DNA of 64,000 nucleotides from Alphaproteobacteria bacterium (GTDB lineage Bacteria; Pseudomonadota; Alphaproteobacteria; JABAAW01; JAHZMA01): NCBI GenBank assembly GCA_965205905.1, contig CBDBHZ010000013.1, positions 209,571 to 273,570 of the forward strand, read 5' to 3'. Shown piece by piece: positions 62,733 to 64,000 of this stretch (position 1 is its first letter; each line of letters starts with the position of its first letter). The notes under the pieces were generated by a model. It saw only the letters and a program-made list of their open reading frames with translations, ran no database searches and was not told where the DNA came from. The position numbers and the translations under genes were made by a program.

Positions 62733-64000
62733 ATGACAGATTTTGAACAAAACGCACAAAAACTCGCTCAAAAAGGCATGTATCTGCCACAATTTGAAAA
62801 AGCCGCATGTGGCGTTGGCTTGGTTGCCAATATTGCAGGCGAACCATGTCGTGATGTGGTGCAGATGGGGCTTGATGCCCTCAAAGCGATATGGCATAGG
62901 GGCGCGGTTGATGCCGATGGTAAAACGGGCGATGGTGCGGGCATTCATATCGCGATACCGCAACAATTTTTTAGCGATTGGTTGCAATCGGTGCATGAGG
63001 GTGCAAAATATGAGGGGCAGATTGCCGTTGGGCAGATATTTTTGCCGCGTAATGATTTGGCAGAACAAGAAAAATGCAGGGTGATTTGCGAGCATGAAGT
63101 TATCCGCAATGGCTATCAGGTGCTAGGCTGGCGGCATGTGCCAGTTGATGCCAGTATCATCGGCGCAAAGGCGGAAAGCACACGCCCTGAAATTGAACAG
63201 CTGGTGATTGGCAATAGCAAAAATGCCAGTGCTGAAAATTTTGAACGCGATTTATTTTTGATACGCCGTTTCATTGAAAAACGCATCATTGCAGGTGCGC
63301 TGAAAGAATTTTATATCTGTTCGCTATCATCGCGGTCGCTGATTTACAAAGGCTTGTTTTTGGCAGAACAGCTGGATAGTTTTTATCCTGATTTGCAAGA
63401 TGAACGTTTTATTTCGCATTTTGCGATTTATCATCAGCGTTATTCTACCAACACATTTCCGCAATGGTGGTTGGCACAGCCATTTCGGATTTTGGCACAT
63501 AATGGCGAGATTAACACCCTATCGGGCAATCGCAATCTGATGCGAAGTTACGAGAGGCGAATGCAATCAGATACGCTTGGTGATTCAATCCAAGATTTGA
63601 TACCCGTGATTACCGCCAGCGCATCAGATAGTGCCGCGCTTGATAATTGCTTTGAAATTATGTTGCAGACCGATGCTGAACGTTCTCTGCCCGAAGTGAA
63701 ATCAATGCTAATGCCCGAAGCGTGGGAGCTTAATCGCGCTCATCTACCAAAAAAACTGGTTGATTTCTATCGCTGGGCAAGCCGTGTGGTAGAACCATGG
63801 GATGGACCCGCGGCGATTTGTGGCTATTTTGGCGATTGGCTGTTGGGCGGGCTTGACCGTTCGGGTTTTCGCCCGTTGCGCTATAGCGTTACCAAAGATG
63901 GTTTTCTGGTGATGGGTTCCGAAACTGGCATGGTGGCACTTGACCCTGCACAGATTGAAAAAAACGGCATCATTGGGGCGGGCGATATGCTTGCGCTTGA
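62733..64000 (+). CDS. gltB: glutamate synthase large subunit (3' partial; runs off the window)
   Basis: Open frame from the ATG at 62733 to the window end. It begins ...CGVGLVANIAGEP (the Ntn amidotransferase Cys) and continues with ...FRILAHNGEINTL. Confidence 0.85.
   Translation, partial: MTDFEQNAQKLAQKGMYLPQFEKAACGVGLVANIAGEPCRDVVQMGLDALKAIWHRGAVDADGKTGDGAGIHIAIPQQFFSDWLQSVHEGAKYEGQIAVGQIFLPRNDLAEQEKCRVICEHEVIRNGYQVLGWRHVPVDASIIGAKAESTRPEIEQLVIGNSKNASAENFERDLFLIRRFIEKRIIAGALKEFYICSLSSRSLIYKGLFLAEQLDSFYPDLQDERFISHFAIYHQRYSTNTFPQWWLAQPFRILAHNGEINTLSGNRNLMRSYERRMQSDTLGDSIQDLIPVITASASDSAALDNCFEIMLQTDAERSLPEVKSMLMPEAWELNRAHLPKKLVDFYRWASRVVEPWDGPAAICGYFGDWLLGGLDRSGFRPLRYSVTKDGFLVMGSETGMVALDPAQIEKNGIIGAGDMLAL

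Noticed and set aside
62743-63084. 113-aa ORF listed at the start of the gltB region
   Set aside because: It is out of frame with the long uninterrupted GltB reading frame (from the ATG at 62733 to the window end), which has unmistakable glutamate synthase motifs. The listed ORF is a shadow frame.

Overview
This 64-kb window looks like a moderately low-GC alphaproteobacterial chromosome segment. The alphaproteobacterial call rests on flbT, DUF1489, the aroK-aroB-tlyC order, and an argD-argF plus gltDB gene set.

The core metabolic genes present are leuD/leuB, two pyrF-like genes, aroB/aroK, coaBC, pcm, an ETF-ubiquinone oxidoreductase, metZ, a cfa cluster, putA, hldE, asd, argD, argF, gltD and gltB. 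Between them lie unusually many accessory islets. Three tRNA genes are present (Ala-UGC, Phe-GAA, Asp-GUC).

The window carries at least 11 copies of a G-tract-rich palindromic MITE-like repeat. There are two intact (963 and 1301 aa) and one degraded member of a giant multi-lobed surface-lipoprotein family with TbpB/fHbp-like handle and barrel lobes. There is a tandem array of four paralogous short ankyrin-like secreted proteins, each behind a near-consensus promoter with a start-codon hairpin, plus an upstream pair of unknown, possibly effector, proteins.

An AT-rich four-gene island contains a membrane protein, an ImmA/IrrE Zn-peptidase, a 372-aa unknown protein and a PD-(D/E)xK nuclease-like protein. 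I consider it the best candidate for an undescribed defence or abortive-infection system.

Roughly one gene in five is broken by a frameshift: aroB, coaBC, an amine oxidase, DUF1365, an SDR, an N6-adenine MTase, argD, the argF 3' end, ank copies and the third lipoprotein copy. This suggests either a pseudogene-rich host-restricted genome or homopolymer sequencing errors. No rRNA genes or CRISPR arrays were seen.
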